The translations under genes were made by a program, and so were the position numbers. The notes under the pieces were generated by a model. That model saw nothing but the letters and a program-made list of their open reading frames with translations, made no database searches and was not told where the DNA came from. From an uncultured Gammaproteobacteria bacterium (GTDB taxonomy: Bacteria > Patescibacteriota > Patescibacteriia > Magasanikbacterales > JBBTXJ01), in contig CAZSVL010000005.1 of the NCBI GenBank assembly GCA_964610305.1, positions 14,815 to 78,814 of the forward strand: a DNA stretch of 64,000 bases, read 5' to 3'. This document shows positions 46,350 to 55,801 of this stretch, one piece after another (positions within the stretch are counted from its first letter, which is position 1; each line of letters starts with the position of its first letter).

Positions 46350-48359
46350 ATGATAGATTACAAAAACGAATTAAACGAGGAGCAGTACAGGGTCGTCACT
46401 CAAGGTGATGGTCCTTGTTTAGTTTTGGCGGGCGCTGGTTCGGGAAAAACAAGAACTATAACCTACAGAGTGGCTTATCTTTTGGAAAAAGGGATCGCGC
46501 CACAGAACATTTTATTGCTCACTTTTACCAACAAGGCGGCTAATGAGATGGTAAGCAGGGTGGAACAGCTACTCGGGAAAAAACCAGAGGGGATCTGGGG
46601 TGGCACCTTCCACAAATTTGGGCACAAATTAATGCGTATGTACGCTGATACTCTGGGGTATAAAAAAGGTTTCACCATTGCGGATGCAAGCGATTCAAAG
46701 GAGCTTATAAAGATATGTATAAAAGAGGAGGGCATGAAAAATGTGCGTGGTTTTCCTGGAGCGGGTACCGTCGGTAACATTTTAAGTTTTGCGCGCAATG
46801 CTCAAATTTCAATAGATGAAGTTTTGGATTGGAAGTATCAACAGTATGAAGCCTATGCGCCTCATTTTCAAAATATAGATGAGCGATACAGAGATAAAAA
46901 AATGACCGCCCAGGTCATGGATTTTGATGATTTATTATTTAATGTGGTTAAACTTTTTGAGCATAACGATTCGCTCAGAGAAAAATACGCCAAGCAGTTT
47001 GAGTACATTTTAGTAGACGAGTATCAGGACACCAATGCGCTGCAGGCAAAGATGATAGATCTGTTAGCGCCACCACAGAATAATATTTTGGTAGTAGGAG
47101 ATGACGCACAGAGTATTTATAGTTTTAGAGCAGCAGATATTCAAAATATTTTGGGATTTGAGCAAAATTATAAAGAGGCAAAAATTTTTAAGCTAGAGGT
47201 AAACTACAGAAGCACACCAGAGATTCTCGCGCTTTCAAATGAGAGTATTGGAAACAATAAAAAACAGTTCGCAAAGGAGCTCAGCGCGGTAAATACTGAA
47301 GGAGAAAAGCCGGAGCTCACCACCTACGCTGACACGGCGCAGGAGGCAACGCAAATTGGCAGACATATTAGAGATTTAATTGACGGTGGCCTGCCTAGAT
47401 CTGAGATCGCTATTTTGTTTAGGGCAAGTGCCCATAGCCAAGAGGTAGAAATGGAGTTGGTAAAGCGTGATATTCCTTATGATTATAGAGGGGGTCAGCG
47501 TTTTTTTGAGAGATCTCATGTGAAAGATGTGTTGGCGTATCTGCGGCTAGCGCATAACCCAAAAGATAGTATTGCGTGGATGCGCGTGCTTTCAATGTAT
47601 GATGGCATTGGCACCATCACCGCACAAAAGATAATCACACGTGTTGTTGAGTTTCCAGGGCTTGCTTCATTAAATGTAGACGTGGTTGCAGAAGGGCTCA
47701 ATGCGCGCTCAAATGTGGGTTGGCAAAAATTTGCGGGAGATGCTCATAGGTTAAAACAAGCAAGAGGAGGCGGGCCCTCCCAGCTGATACGCGCCGTGCT
47801 CGCGGGCAATTATAACGATATTCTAGAAAAAGAATACGAGAACGCAAAAGAACGCATTGAAGATATTCAGCAGATGGCCACGTTTGCAGAGAAAATTAAT
47901 GATCTTGGTTTCTTTTTAGGAGAGGCAACTCTTGCAGAGCAGCATTCAAATAAACTCAACGAAAAAGAAAAAGTACCTAAGGTGGTGCTCTCAACTATTC
48001 ACCAATCAAAAGGTCTTGAGTGGGATACGGTTTTTGTACTCAGAGTAGCAGCCGGACAATTTCCCAGCGAGTACGCTATTGTAGATGAATCAGACTTGGA
48101 AGAAGAGAGAAGGCTTTTTTATGTGGCCTCAACAAGAGCGCGCAAACAACTCTTCTTTAGCTATCCGCTCATGATGGGAAATGATAATCCGTATTTGCTT
48201 GAGCCTTCTCCCTTTGTATCAGAATTGCCCGATTCAGTATTTAAGGAAGTTGACAATGACGACTATCAATTAGTTGATGCAGAATCTGCAGATTATGACG
48301 GCGATGAAAAGCCACATTGGGCGCGTGAATTTCTTAAGAGTATAGACGACTACAGTTAG
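46350..48359 (+). CDS. UvrD/PcrA-family ATP-dependent DNA helicase
   Basis: LAGAGSGKT, TFTNKAA, VDEYQD, NYRS, TIHQSKGLEW, EERRLFYVA. Confidence 0.96.
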   Translation: MIDYKNELNEEQYRVVTQGDGPCLVLAGAGSGKTRTITYRVAYLLEKGIAPQNILLLTFTNKAANEMVSRVEQLLGKKPEGIWGGTFHKFGHKLMRMYADTLGYKKGFTIADASDSKELIKICIKEEGMKNVRGFPGAGTVGNILSFARNAQISIDEVLDWKYQQYEAYAPHFQNIDERYRDKKMTAQVMDFDDLLFNVVKLFEHNDSLREKYAKQFEYILVDEYQDTNALQAKMIDLLAPPQNNILVVGDDAQSIYSFRAADIQNILGFEQNYKEAKIFKLEVNYRSTPEILALSNESIGNNKKQFAKELSAVNTEGEKPELTTYADTAQEATQIGRHIRDLIDGGLPRSEIAILFRASAHSQEVEMELVKRDIPYDYRGGQRFFERSHVKDVLAYLRLAHNPKDSIAWMRVLSMYDGIGTITAQKIITRVVEFPGLASLNVDVVAEGLNARSNVGWQKFAGDAHRLKQARGGGPSQLIRAVLAGNYNDILEKEYENAKERIEDIQQMATFAEKINDLGFFLGEATLAEQHSNKLNEKEKVPKVVLSTIHQSKGLEWDTVFVLRVAAGQFPSEYAIVDESDLEEERRLFYVASTRARKQLFFSYPLMMGNDNPYLLEPSPFVSELPDSVFKEVDNDDYQLVDAESADYDGDEKPHWAREFLKSIDDYS

Positions 48360-48431
48360 AGCCAAGTTTTTTAAATAAAAAACCCCCACGCTTTGCTTTC
48401 AAAACGTGGGGTGTTTGGTTTATGAATACGG

Positions 48432-49463
48432 CTACTGATTACGCCGCATCTCACTAAGCGCTACGGTCATCATTCGGGCAGCCGCTTGGTGGAGCGGGGT
48501 AAAGGGCTCTCCGCTTCTGATAGCGGCATCCAGAGTGGTAGCAGTGGTTTTAATCATCTGCTCTGAACCTTCTGCCGCTGATCCAATGGACTCAATGAGA
48601 CCTTCTGCCAGACTGGGATCCATGAGGTGTTGCACGTTTGAGCTCTCTAGCAGGGCAATGAGAGCGGAAACAGGCGTCAGATGTGATGGAAGATCCTCTT
48701 GATGAATCTCATCAGTTGAAGCTCCTACGCCAGCCATCCATTCAACAGCGTGAAGCAGGGTGCTGTCAGCCGTCATGCCGTCAACCTTACCCGTTACACT
48801 GGGAAGAGCTCTTCTCATGGAACGGATGATATCCTCGGAGAGGAATGGCCTAATACCGCATTTAGCGCATTTGGCAGAATCAAGATTGAAGGCATAAACA
48901 TTGACACTAACAGGCGTCTTGCAACCAGGACATCCTCGTCTTGCGTACATGCCGTCACAATCCAAGTAGCCTGCAACATCAGGAATCAGATCATGGGCGC
49001 TTAGCCTCTGTAGATCATCAGGCGTGATATCAGACAGCAGACTCCAAGGGTCAAACCGACCCACATCAATAGGCTCTTCCCCATCCCTGTCTTCACACAA
49101 GTGCCAGCTGATGGGGGAAAGACTTCTGTTGGCCATCTGGTTGCCAATTAAGACTTTGGCGGCAGCCAGGTCTTCGCCACGGATTACTCCCACAATTTCG
49201 TCATCACGGGTGGTGCCTTCAAGCTTCCAAACGTACCTGATGGTAATCTTGGTAGAGTCACGCCTTCTTTGCAGATAATAGCGGCGGAACCACTCTTGCC
49301 TCTCCGGCGAATGATCTCTACGATATTGCGCGATTACCTGCTCTGCCGATTCGGCACCGGGAGCGATCAATAGTGAGCTGTGGTCAAGGTTATCACCTTC
49401 AAGCGGCGGCAATGGCACGGCGATGCTCGGCAGCTGGGGTCTGTAGATACTTAGATCTTTCAT
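48432..49463 (-). CDS. Hypothetical zinc-ribbon protein
   Basis: CPGC...CAKC; AAAGGAGG SD; coupled to the upstream paralog. Confidence 0.7.
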   Translation of the reverse strand: MKDLSIYRPQLPSIAVPLPPLEGDNLDHSSLLIAPGAESAEQVIAQYRRDHSPERQEWFRRYYLQRRRDSTKITIRYVWKLEGTTRDDEIVGVIRGEDLAAAKVLIGNQMANRSLSPISWHLCEDRDGEEPIDVGRFDPWSLLSDITPDDLQRLSAHDLIPDVAGYLDCDGMYARRGCPGCKTPVSVNVYAFNLDSAKCAKCGIRPFLSEDIIRSMRRALPSVTGKVDGMTADSTLLHAVEWMAGVGASTDEIHQEDLPSHLTPVSALIALLESSNVQHLMDPSLAEGLIESIGSAAEGSEQMIKTTATTLDAAIRSGEPFTPLHQAAARMMTVALSEMRRNQ

Positions 49464-50632
49464 GATGCCTCCTTTGAGGGGCTTTTGTTCTCCGTTAAAA
49501 CGTTCTTTCCTAGGTCACGAACAAGCTCTTCAATACTCCAAACGAAAATTTGAAGCGTTTTGACAAGAAGGCTTCGTTGCCATTCAAATAACTCGCCATG
49601 CTCTTTTTGTAGAGCCTTATCAGAACCACGAATCCAATCATTGAGTGAAGAGAGGATGCGTAGTTGTGTTCTGAGTTCTTCCAGTTTGACTTTTCTTTTT
49701 TTTGGCTCATATTGAGCATAGCATGTTTCAGCAACGCGCATAAAAGCTTCTCTGTGTACGCCTAGGTGCAAAATGCTTGCGGCAGAATTTTTGTACAACC
49801 AAGAGATGTTATCTGGATTCCATGATACATAATCTGGATTGTCTGATTCTGGACGATACGTCCTTCCGTAATACGAGAGCGGCATGCCCAAAAGCTTAAC
49901 TTTGTAGACCCAGCAGAATATGGGAAGCGCTGTTACATCCAAAAGTAGTGTTGCATTCTCAACATGCTGCGGAACGGAGGCGTGCAGGATTTGCGGACCG
50001 TCGCTTTTCCTGAGATGCTTTAAAAAGCGTTTAATGGTTTTATCAAGGATTTCTCCGTGATCTCCTATATTGTCACACACAGGACAATTGAACTCTGGTG
50101 GGTACAGGGTAAGCATGCGTCTTCCTACCGGCCCGCTGCAGTTAGCGCAGCGCCGTAGAAAAAGCAGTCCATCAAAATCCCAGTCTTCAGAACCAGTTTT
50201 TATTGAAACGGTTCCCCGCTGAGCAATTTCAGCGAACTTTTCATCTGGCATATCACCAATTAGATCAATGTGATCAAACCTGCCCGTGTCCAAAAGCAAG
50301 GTTAGTTGAAAATCATCATAGATTTCCCAACGAATGCCGGTTCGTAGATTCCCGCCGTTGCGCGATGCAATGGCTAGGCGAATGACATCCATGTCTGGCT
50401 CTCCAAAAAATGAAGCCAGCAGCCTGTCTTCGCTTTTTTTTGTGCGATCAGCATCCTGAACTTCGCGCAACAACGTGCGACCCATTTTTTGTTCAATCCA
50501 ATAGATTATTCTGGAGTGGCACCAGGGTCCCTGGAACACGGCTCTGAAACAATCAAATACGGTTGGTTCAGCGTTATCTTCTTGTGTTGTCAAAGGACTT
50601 TCAAAGCGAGTCAATGCAGTGGAAGGTTCCAT
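49460..50632 (-). CDS. Hypothetical zinc-ribbon protein
   Basis: CANC...CPVC; GGAG SD; shares a DxGRFD...DG block with 48432..49463. Confidence 0.7.
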   Translation of the reverse strand: MEPSTALTRFESPLTTQEDNAEPTVFDCFRAVFQGPWCHSRIIYWIEQKMGRTLLREVQDADRTKKSEDRLLASFFGEPDMDVIRLAIASRNGGNLRTGIRWEIYDDFQLTLLLDTGRFDHIDLIGDMPDEKFAEIAQRGTVSIKTGSEDWDFDGLLFLRRCANCSGPVGRRMLTLYPPEFNCPVCDNIGDHGEILDKTIKRFLKHLRKSDGPQILHASVPQHVENATLLLDVTALPIFCWVYKVKLLGMPLSYYGRTYRPESDNPDYVSWNPDNISWLYKNSAASILHLGVHREAFMRVAETCYAQYEPKKRKVKLEELRTQLRILSSLNDWIRGSDKALQKEHGELFEWQRSLLVKTLQIFVWSIEELVRDLGKNVLTENKSPSKEAS

Positions 50633-50783
50633 GCTTTACTCCAATGTGTTTAATGATTTGTGTTTCTATAATGGTACCAGATTAGTAGGAAAAAAGTATC
50701 ATACAAAGGGCGGTTTGTCAAGCTTTACAGGATAATGAGGTTATGGTATAACTGTGGCAACAAAAATTACTTATTATCACGCC

Positions 50784-50873
50784 GTCATCGCGAGGAAGCC
50801 TGCCCCGGACTTGATCCGGGGTGGCGATCCCGCCTTTTTTGACGAGATTGCTTCGCCTGCAGCTCGCAATGAC
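50784..50873. repeat. REP-like palindromic element
   Basis: GTCATCGCGAG...CCCCGGACTTGATCCGGGG...GAGATTGCTTCG...CTCGCAATGAC upstream of ndk. Confidence 0.85.
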
Positions 50874-50881
50874 CAAAAAAT

Positions 50882-51370
50882 ATGAATTTTGAAGGAATTC
50901 ACGAAAAAACACTTGTCTTAGTAAAACCAGACGCTATACAGCGCGGGCTTATTGGAGATATCATTTCTCGTTTTGAAAAAAAGGGAATGAAGCTGGTGGC
51001 ACTCAAGCTCTCTCAGCCCGGAAAAGAGGTTTGGGCAAAGCATTACGCTCACATTGCCGATAAGCCATTTTATGGCGCGTATGAAGAATTTATTACCAGC
51101 ACGCCAGTTGTTGCTATGGTGTGGGAAGGTCTAGAGGTGGTAAATGCGGTCCGTCTTATCACAGGCATCACCAAAGCAAGAGAAGCAGAGGCCGGATCAA
51201 TAAGAGGAGACTTTGCCATGAGTGTAGCATGCAACGTAATTCATGCATCAGACAGCGTAGACAATGCAAAAGTAGAGGTAGAGCGATTCTTTAATGGCGA
51301 TGAGCTCTATGAATATGACAGAACAGATTACCTGCATTTATACATGGCGGATGAGCGCGGAGAAGAATAA
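50882..51370 (+). CDS. ndk: Nucleoside-diphosphate kinase
   Basis: EKTLVLVKPDAIQRGLIG, GSIRGDF, NVIHASDS. Confidence 0.97.
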   Translation: MNFEGIHEKTLVLVKPDAIQRGLIGDIISRFEKKGMKLVALKLSQPGKEVWAKHYAHIADKPFYGAYEEFITSTPVVAMVWEGLEVVNAVRLITGITKAREAEAGSIRGDFAMSVACNVIHASDSVDNAKVEVERFFNGDELYEYDRTDYLHLYMADERGEE

Positions 51371-51380
51371 ACCTATCCAC

Positions 51381-51408
51381 AAAAAAGACGCCTTCACGGG
51401 CGTTTTTT
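51381..51408 (+). terminator. Terminator after ndk
   Basis: AAAAAAGACGCC-TTCACG-GGCGTTTTTT. Confidence 0.75.
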
Positions 51409-51412
51409 GGTC

Positions 51413-51441
51413 TTGACAATCTTAAAAGAGGGTCATATACT
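51413..51441 (+). promoter_or_regulatory. Consensus sigma-70 promoter
   Basis: TTGACA-N17-TATACT. Confidence 0.85.
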
Positions 51442-51447
51442 AAAAGT

Positions 51448-51611
51448 AGCCTTTATTGACTAGGCACAATACTTGTCCGACAATCTTACGTATAGGGAAG
51501 CCTATATCTCAGCGCCCCGTGGGGCTCTGGTGCGGCTACCCACCTGGCTCGTTAGCTCACGGGACAAGGTATAGCTTAGATTACATGAAGGTAAAGACAT
51601 TAGTCTGAGGC
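51448..51611 (+). ncRNA. ssrS: Probable 6S RNA
   Basis: Gene-free ~165 nt between a consensus promoter and a terminator (51611-51630). Ends pair (GCCT..GACTA / TAGTC..AGGC), ATACTTGTCC pairs with GGACAAGGTAT, and GGGAAGCC pairs with GGCTACCC followed by ACCTG, as in Firmicute-type 6S RNAs. Confidence 0.7.
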
Positions 51612-51655
51612 CCCGGTCAGCCGGGGTTTTGGATTTTAATGAGATGCAAAGAATT

Positions 51656-52342
51656 ATGACTTTCAGACAAGTAATGGTAGAGCTTAAAAAGTTGGGCACT
51701 GCTCAAAACAGAAAAATATATAAGAACCATGGCGGTGGGGATAATGTTTATGGTGTGAGCTACGCCAATTTGTATAAGATTCAAAAGAAGATCAAGACAG
51801 ATCACGATCTTGCAATGAAGCTTTATCAAAGCAATGTGGTGGATGCTATGGTTTTGGGGTTGCTTATTGCAGACCCTAAGAAATTAAGCAGAGCTGAGGC
51901 TGAAGGCCTGGTAAAAGTGGCAGATTTTTCTATGGTTTGTTTTTATATTGGCAGGTTGGTGGCTAAGAGTGGTCACTGGAAACCTCTTATAAAAAAATGG
52001 ACGAAGTCTAAAAAAGAGTATGTACGATCAGCTGGATACGTTACGCTTAGTTCAGTGCTCCGCGATAATGCAGATGAAATTTCTGATGCTTATGCGCTGC
52101 AAGTACTTAAGATCATAGAGAAAGAGATTCACGGATCGCCCAATATAGCTCGTTATTCCATGAATAATGCCGTGATAGCAATAGGCACTTACAAAGACGG
52201 CGTTTATAAAGAAGCAATCGCCGCTGCTAAAAGAATTGGAAAAGTACACGTAGACCACAAAAAAACAAACTGTAAAACGCCAGAGGCCGTCTCTTATATT
52301 AAGAAGGCGCGGGCGCACAGAAAGAAGAAGAAAAAAAAGTGA
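51656..52342 (+). CDS. DNA alkylation repair protein (AlkD-like HEAT repeat)
   Basis: YGVSYANL...KKIKTDHDLA, YSMNNAVIAIG, IGKVHVDHKKTNCKTP. Confidence 0.85.
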   Translation: MTFRQVMVELKKLGTAQNRKIYKNHGGGDNVYGVSYANLYKIQKKIKTDHDLAMKLYQSNVVDAMVLGLLIADPKKLSRAEAEGLVKVADFSMVCFYIGRLVAKSGHWKPLIKKWTKSKKEYVRSAGYVTLSSVLRDNADEISDAYALQVLKIIEKEIHGSPNIARYSMNNAVIAIGTYKDGVYKEAIAAAKRIGKVHVDHKKTNCKTPEAVSYIKKARAHRKKKKKK

Positions 52343-52399
52343 TAAGGTCTTGACAAAACAGCAAAATTGTGGTATGTTTCTTCTCTGAAAGGAGGGGAA

Positions 52400-52759
52400 A
52401 TGACTGATACTATTGTCAAAAAGTTTGCCTACGCATTTGCTGGTCTGCATGCAGGCTGGCAGAGTGAGAGCAGCTTTAGGTTTCAGGTAGTCATTGGAGC
52501 GCTCGTCATCTTAGCCGGATTGTTTTTTGGCATTTCGCGGTTTGAGTGGCTTTTTGTTAGCCTTGCTATTGGTATGGTTCTCTCGCTAGAGATGATCAAC
52601 ACTGTGCTGGAGAAATTTCTGGATATCGTGAATCCAGAGCTAGATGAGCGGGTCAGAAAAGTAAAAGACATGGCCGCTGGTGTGGTTTTTATCGCATCTA
52701 TGACAGCAACAGTCATCGGCGTTTTGGTCTTCATTCCATACATAATGGCACTTTATTAG
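52400..52759 (+). CDS. dgkA: Diacylglycerol/undecaprenol kinase family
   Basis: FAYAFAGL, EMINTVLE, KVKDMAAG. Confidence 0.9.
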   Translation: MTDTIVKKFAYAFAGLHAGWQSESSFRFQVVIGALVILAGLFFGISRFEWLFVSLAIGMVLSLEMINTVLEKFLDIVNPELDERVRKVKDMAAGVVFIASMTATVIGVLVFIPYIMALY

Positions 52760-52856
52760 CCGCAAGGGAGCGTAGTACCTTTGTGGTTTTTTATTTGCTT
52801 AAAGTAATGAAAAACGCTACCCTTTAAATAGGTGCATTAATAATAATTCTAATAAT

Positions 52857-53270
52857 ATGCCAGAAATTACGCATAGTTATGCGGCGATCGCTGCCGCAAT
52901 GGCCGCCTCCATAGTTTTGGGAATGCTGTGGTACGGGCCGTTTTTTGGAAAAATGTGGATGAAGCTTGTCGGCATGTCTGAGGCAGACATGAAAAAAGCA
53001 AAAGAGAAGGGAATGGGAAAGACCTACGCCATAATGGTTCTGGCCACCCTTGTAATGACTACGGTTCTCTGCATAGTCTTGCAGGCTTTTGGGGCGGAGA
53101 CAGCAAAAGAAGCCGGAAAAGTTGGCTTTTGGGTGTGGCTTGGTTTTGTGGCTACCACTACGGTAGATGGTGTGCTCTGGAAAAACGAGCCGTGGAAGCT
53201 CTGGGTTTTAAACAACGCGTATCGTCTTATTTCACTTAAGCTAATGGCTATTATTTTAGTCACTCTGTAA
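52857..53270 (+). CDS. DUF1761-like membrane protein
   Basis: LGMLWYGPFFGKMWMKLVG, WLGFV; four TM helices. Confidence 0.8.
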   Translation: MPEITHSYAAIAAAMAASIVLGMLWYGPFFGKMWMKLVGMSEADMKKAKEKGMGKTYAIMVLATLVMTTVLCIVLQAFGAETAKEAGKVGFWVWLGFVATTTVDGVLWKNEPWKLWVLNNAYRLISLKLMAIILVTL

Positions 53271-53271
53271 T

Positions 53272-53454
53272 ATGAAAAAACATACACTACATACGCTTGC
53301 CGGCTTTACGTTTTTAGTAGCTGCCGCACTTCATTTATCACGGTTTGTGACAAAAGCAGATTTAGCGTATGGCAGCTACGTTATTCCACTGTGGTTTTCT
53401 GTTGTGGTAGGACTCTGGGCGGCCTTTCTAAGTTACAAGAGCTTTAAAAGTTAA
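53272..53454 (+). CDS. Small two-TM membrane protein
   Basis: FLVAAALHLSR...IPLWFS; translationally coupled on both sides. Confidence 0.7.
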   Translation: MKKHTLHTLAGFTFLVAAALHLSRFVTKADLAYGSYVIPLWFSVVVGLWAAFLSYKSFKS

Positions 53455-54188
53455 TGAGAATAAATAAGTTCTTAACACAAGCAAATTATTGTTCACGCCG
53501 TGAGGCGGACCGTTTGATTGAAAAAGGTTTAATCAAAATCAATGACACGGTCGCTCAGCTTGGACAGCAAGTGCAAACGGGCGACCGTGTTTTTGTTGTT
53601 ACCCACCCGTCATCCCGAGCGAGCAAAGCGAGTCGAGGGATCCCGCCAAATTGGACAGAAGTAACTTTAGGCACTGAAGAGAAAATATATCTGGCTTATC
53701 ACAAGCCAGTGGGTGTTATTTGCGCCACTGACACAACCAAACCAGACAACATTATTGACGCCATAAATTATACAGAGCGTGTCTATCCTGTTGGTCGGCT
53801 TGACGTTGCCAGCTCTGGTTTAATACTGCTTACCAATGATGGAGATATTGTTAACAAAATTCTCAAAGGTAAGCAAAAGATAGAGAAAGAGTATGTGGTA
53901 GACGTTGATAAGATTGTAACTGAAAAAAAATTGGGAAAATTAAAAAAAGGTATTGTATTGGACTGGCATAAAACACTGCCTGCAAAAATAAAAAGGACAG
54001 GTACAAAACGTTTTTCAATAACTATAGTAGAGGGAAGAAACAGGCAAATCAGACGCATGTGTGAAGCGGTTGGATGGAAGGTGGTTCGGCTTCATAGGGT
54101 GCGTATTGGTTCGTTGTGTCTTGGAAGTTTAAGGGTGGGAGAATATAGAGAGTTAGAGAGTCCTCCTCTTGACAATAATGGCCAATAA
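53454..54188 (+). CDS. RsuA/RluB/RluF-family pseudouridine synthase
   Basis: RINKFL...SRREADRLI S4 domain, YHKPVG, PVGRLD, EGRNRQIRRM. Confidence 0.95.
   Translation: MRINKFLTQANYCSRREADRLIEKGLIKINDTVAQLGQQVQTGDRVFVVTHPSSRASKASRGIPPNWTEVTLGTEEKIYLAYHKPVGVICATDTTKPDNIIDAINYTERVYPVGRLDVASSGLILLTNDGDIVNKILKGKQKIEKEYVVDVDKIVTEKKLGKLKKGIVLDWHKTLPAKIKRTGTKRFSITIVEGRNRQIRRMCEAVGWKVVRLHRVRIGSLCLGSLRVGEYRELESPPLDNNGQ
53608..53645 (+). repeat. REP half-element inserted in-frame in the pseudouridine synthase
   Basis: CGTCATCCCGAGCGAGCAAAGCGAGTCGAGGGATCCCG, translated as PSSRASKASRGIP. Confidence 0.8.
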
Positions 54189-54276
54189 TGCTAGGTTTTT
54201 ATAAGGTGTCGCCAAAGTGGTAGCACAAAAACGCAACACGTCAAAGGACACGTTGCACATCAAAGGAGGACACGAC

Positions 54277-54918
54277 ATGGGAGCTGTCATGTCAAGTCGT
54301 CTTGCGGCAGAGTTAGATCATGCGCTTGAGAGGAATGGTTGGTGTATGAAGGATGTCAAAGCACTTGCAGCAGGAGATGTGCTCTCAAAATTACGTCTGG
54401 TGATTTTGGGTTTGGCAGAGGTGGTGACGGTTCAGTATCCGGTGTCGCAATCTGTTAAAGGTGCAGATCTTTCTGCTGAGAGGCTTACTCAAATACTCAA
54501 CGCAGGAACATTCGGTGTTACACGTGAATCAAGACTGGCACTTGAATGGTTAATCGCCAATCGGGCGCCGTTGAAAAATAAGGATTGTGATTTTGTCCTT
54601 TTGACGCACGCTGAACTAGGTCTTAAAAGTGAGGCAAAATCTCCCACACTTAAGCAGATTGCAGATCATGCACGAGCCCTTGGTCTGCGTCTGTGTGATC
54701 CTCGCCATGTCATTGCCCTTGCCTCTTCCGCACAGATTGATGATGTCATGGAGCCCCTTATTGTTATGAGCAGAGGCTTTGTCATCCGTAGCATGGGAGA
54801 AGCTAAGTGCAAATTTCAAATTGAACGCACGGAAACAGGTGATAACCTGGTTTCACGAGTGTTTGACCACTACAGTCAGATACCTGTGGGACGTGGCTTG
54901 TTCATTTTTAGGGTGTAA
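54277..54918 (+). CDS. Hypothetical CPR-type protein
   Basis: AGGAGG SD; RLAAELDHALERNGW N-terminus; terminator at 54931-54958. Confidence 0.7.
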   Translation: MGAVMSSRLAAELDHALERNGWCMKDVKALAAGDVLSKLRLVILGLAEVVTVQYPVSQSVKGADLSAERLTQILNAGTFGVTRESRLALEWLIANRAPLKNKDCDFVLLTHAELGLKSEAKSPTLKQIADHARALGLRLCDPRHVIALASSAQIDDVMEPLIVMSRGFVIRSMGEAKCKFQIERTETGDNLVSRVFDHYSQIPVGRGLFIFRV

Positions 54919-54978
54919 AGCAGGTTTATTCGATCGTCTTTCGGGCGATCGTTTTTTTATTGTGATACAATGCGTGTA

Positions 54979-55800
54979 ATGACGAAGCTATCTCCACAAG
55001 AAGTGCAAAAATTCAGAAAAATAGTTTGGGATTACTACAAAAAAAGCGGGCGGAGTTTTCCGTGGCGCAAAACGCGTAGTCCATACAGAATATTGGTTTC
55101 TGAAGTCATGCTTCAGCAAACGCAGACCGAGCGCGTCATGAAATTTTATGGGCCTTTTTTAAAGATGTTTCCTAGTTTTAAAGTGCTTGCTAAGTCGCCA
55201 CTGAAAAAAGTGCTCAACGCGTGGCAGGGGCTTGGGTACAACAGAAGAGCACTGTCTCTTCATAAGATGGCAGATCAAGTGGTAACGGAATCTGGCGGCA
55301 GACTCCCAAAAAGCGTGGAGAGTCTTATGCATCTGCCGGGTATTGGCGCCTACACGGCAAATGCCATCCGAGCTTTTGTACATGATTTGCCAGCAGTTTT
55401 CATTGAAACAAACATTCGCTCCGTCTACATTCACCATTTTTTTTCAAAAAAGAAGAAAGTAAGCGACAAAGAAATAGAAAAATTGGTGGAGAAAACACTA
55501 GATAAAAAAAGACCCAGAGAATGGTATTACGCCCTCATGGACTACGGTGTTCATCTAAAAAAAGTGCACGGCAACCCAAACAAGCGTAGCAAGCATTACA
55601 CCAAGCAATCAAAATTTGAGGGATCGGTACGGCAAGTTAGGGGGGCGATAATTAGAATATTGACTGGTAGCATGGGATTAACAAAGGCAGCTTTATTAAA
55701 AACACTTTCCTTTCCACCAGATGTCATAGAAATAGTTTTGGAACAGTTGCAAAAAGAGGGATTTCTTGATAAAAAGGGAAAGCGTTATGTAATAAGATAA
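54979..55800 (+). CDS. mutY: A/G-specific adenine glycosylase-like (HhH-GPD) without Fe-S cluster
   Basis: PYRILVSEVMLQQTQ, WQGLGYNRRA, LPGIGAYTA; the Cys cluster is absent. Confidence 0.85.
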   Translation: MTKLSPQEVQKFRKIVWDYYKKSGRSFPWRKTRSPYRILVSEVMLQQTQTERVMKFYGPFLKMFPSFKVLAKSPLKKVLNAWQGLGYNRRALSLHKMADQVVTESGGRLPKSVESLMHLPGIGAYTANAIRAFVHDLPAVFIETNIRSVYIHHFFSKKKKVSDKEIEKLVEKTLDKKRPREWYYALMDYGVHLKKVHGNPNKRSKHYTKQSKFEGSVRQVRGAIIRILTGSMGLTKAALLKTLSFPPDVIEIVLEQLQKEGFLDKKGKRYVIR

Positions 55801-55801
55801 A

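Noticed and set aside
50718-50912. 64-aa minus-strand ORF
   Set aside because: Mostly a translation of the REP element and overlaps the ndk start.
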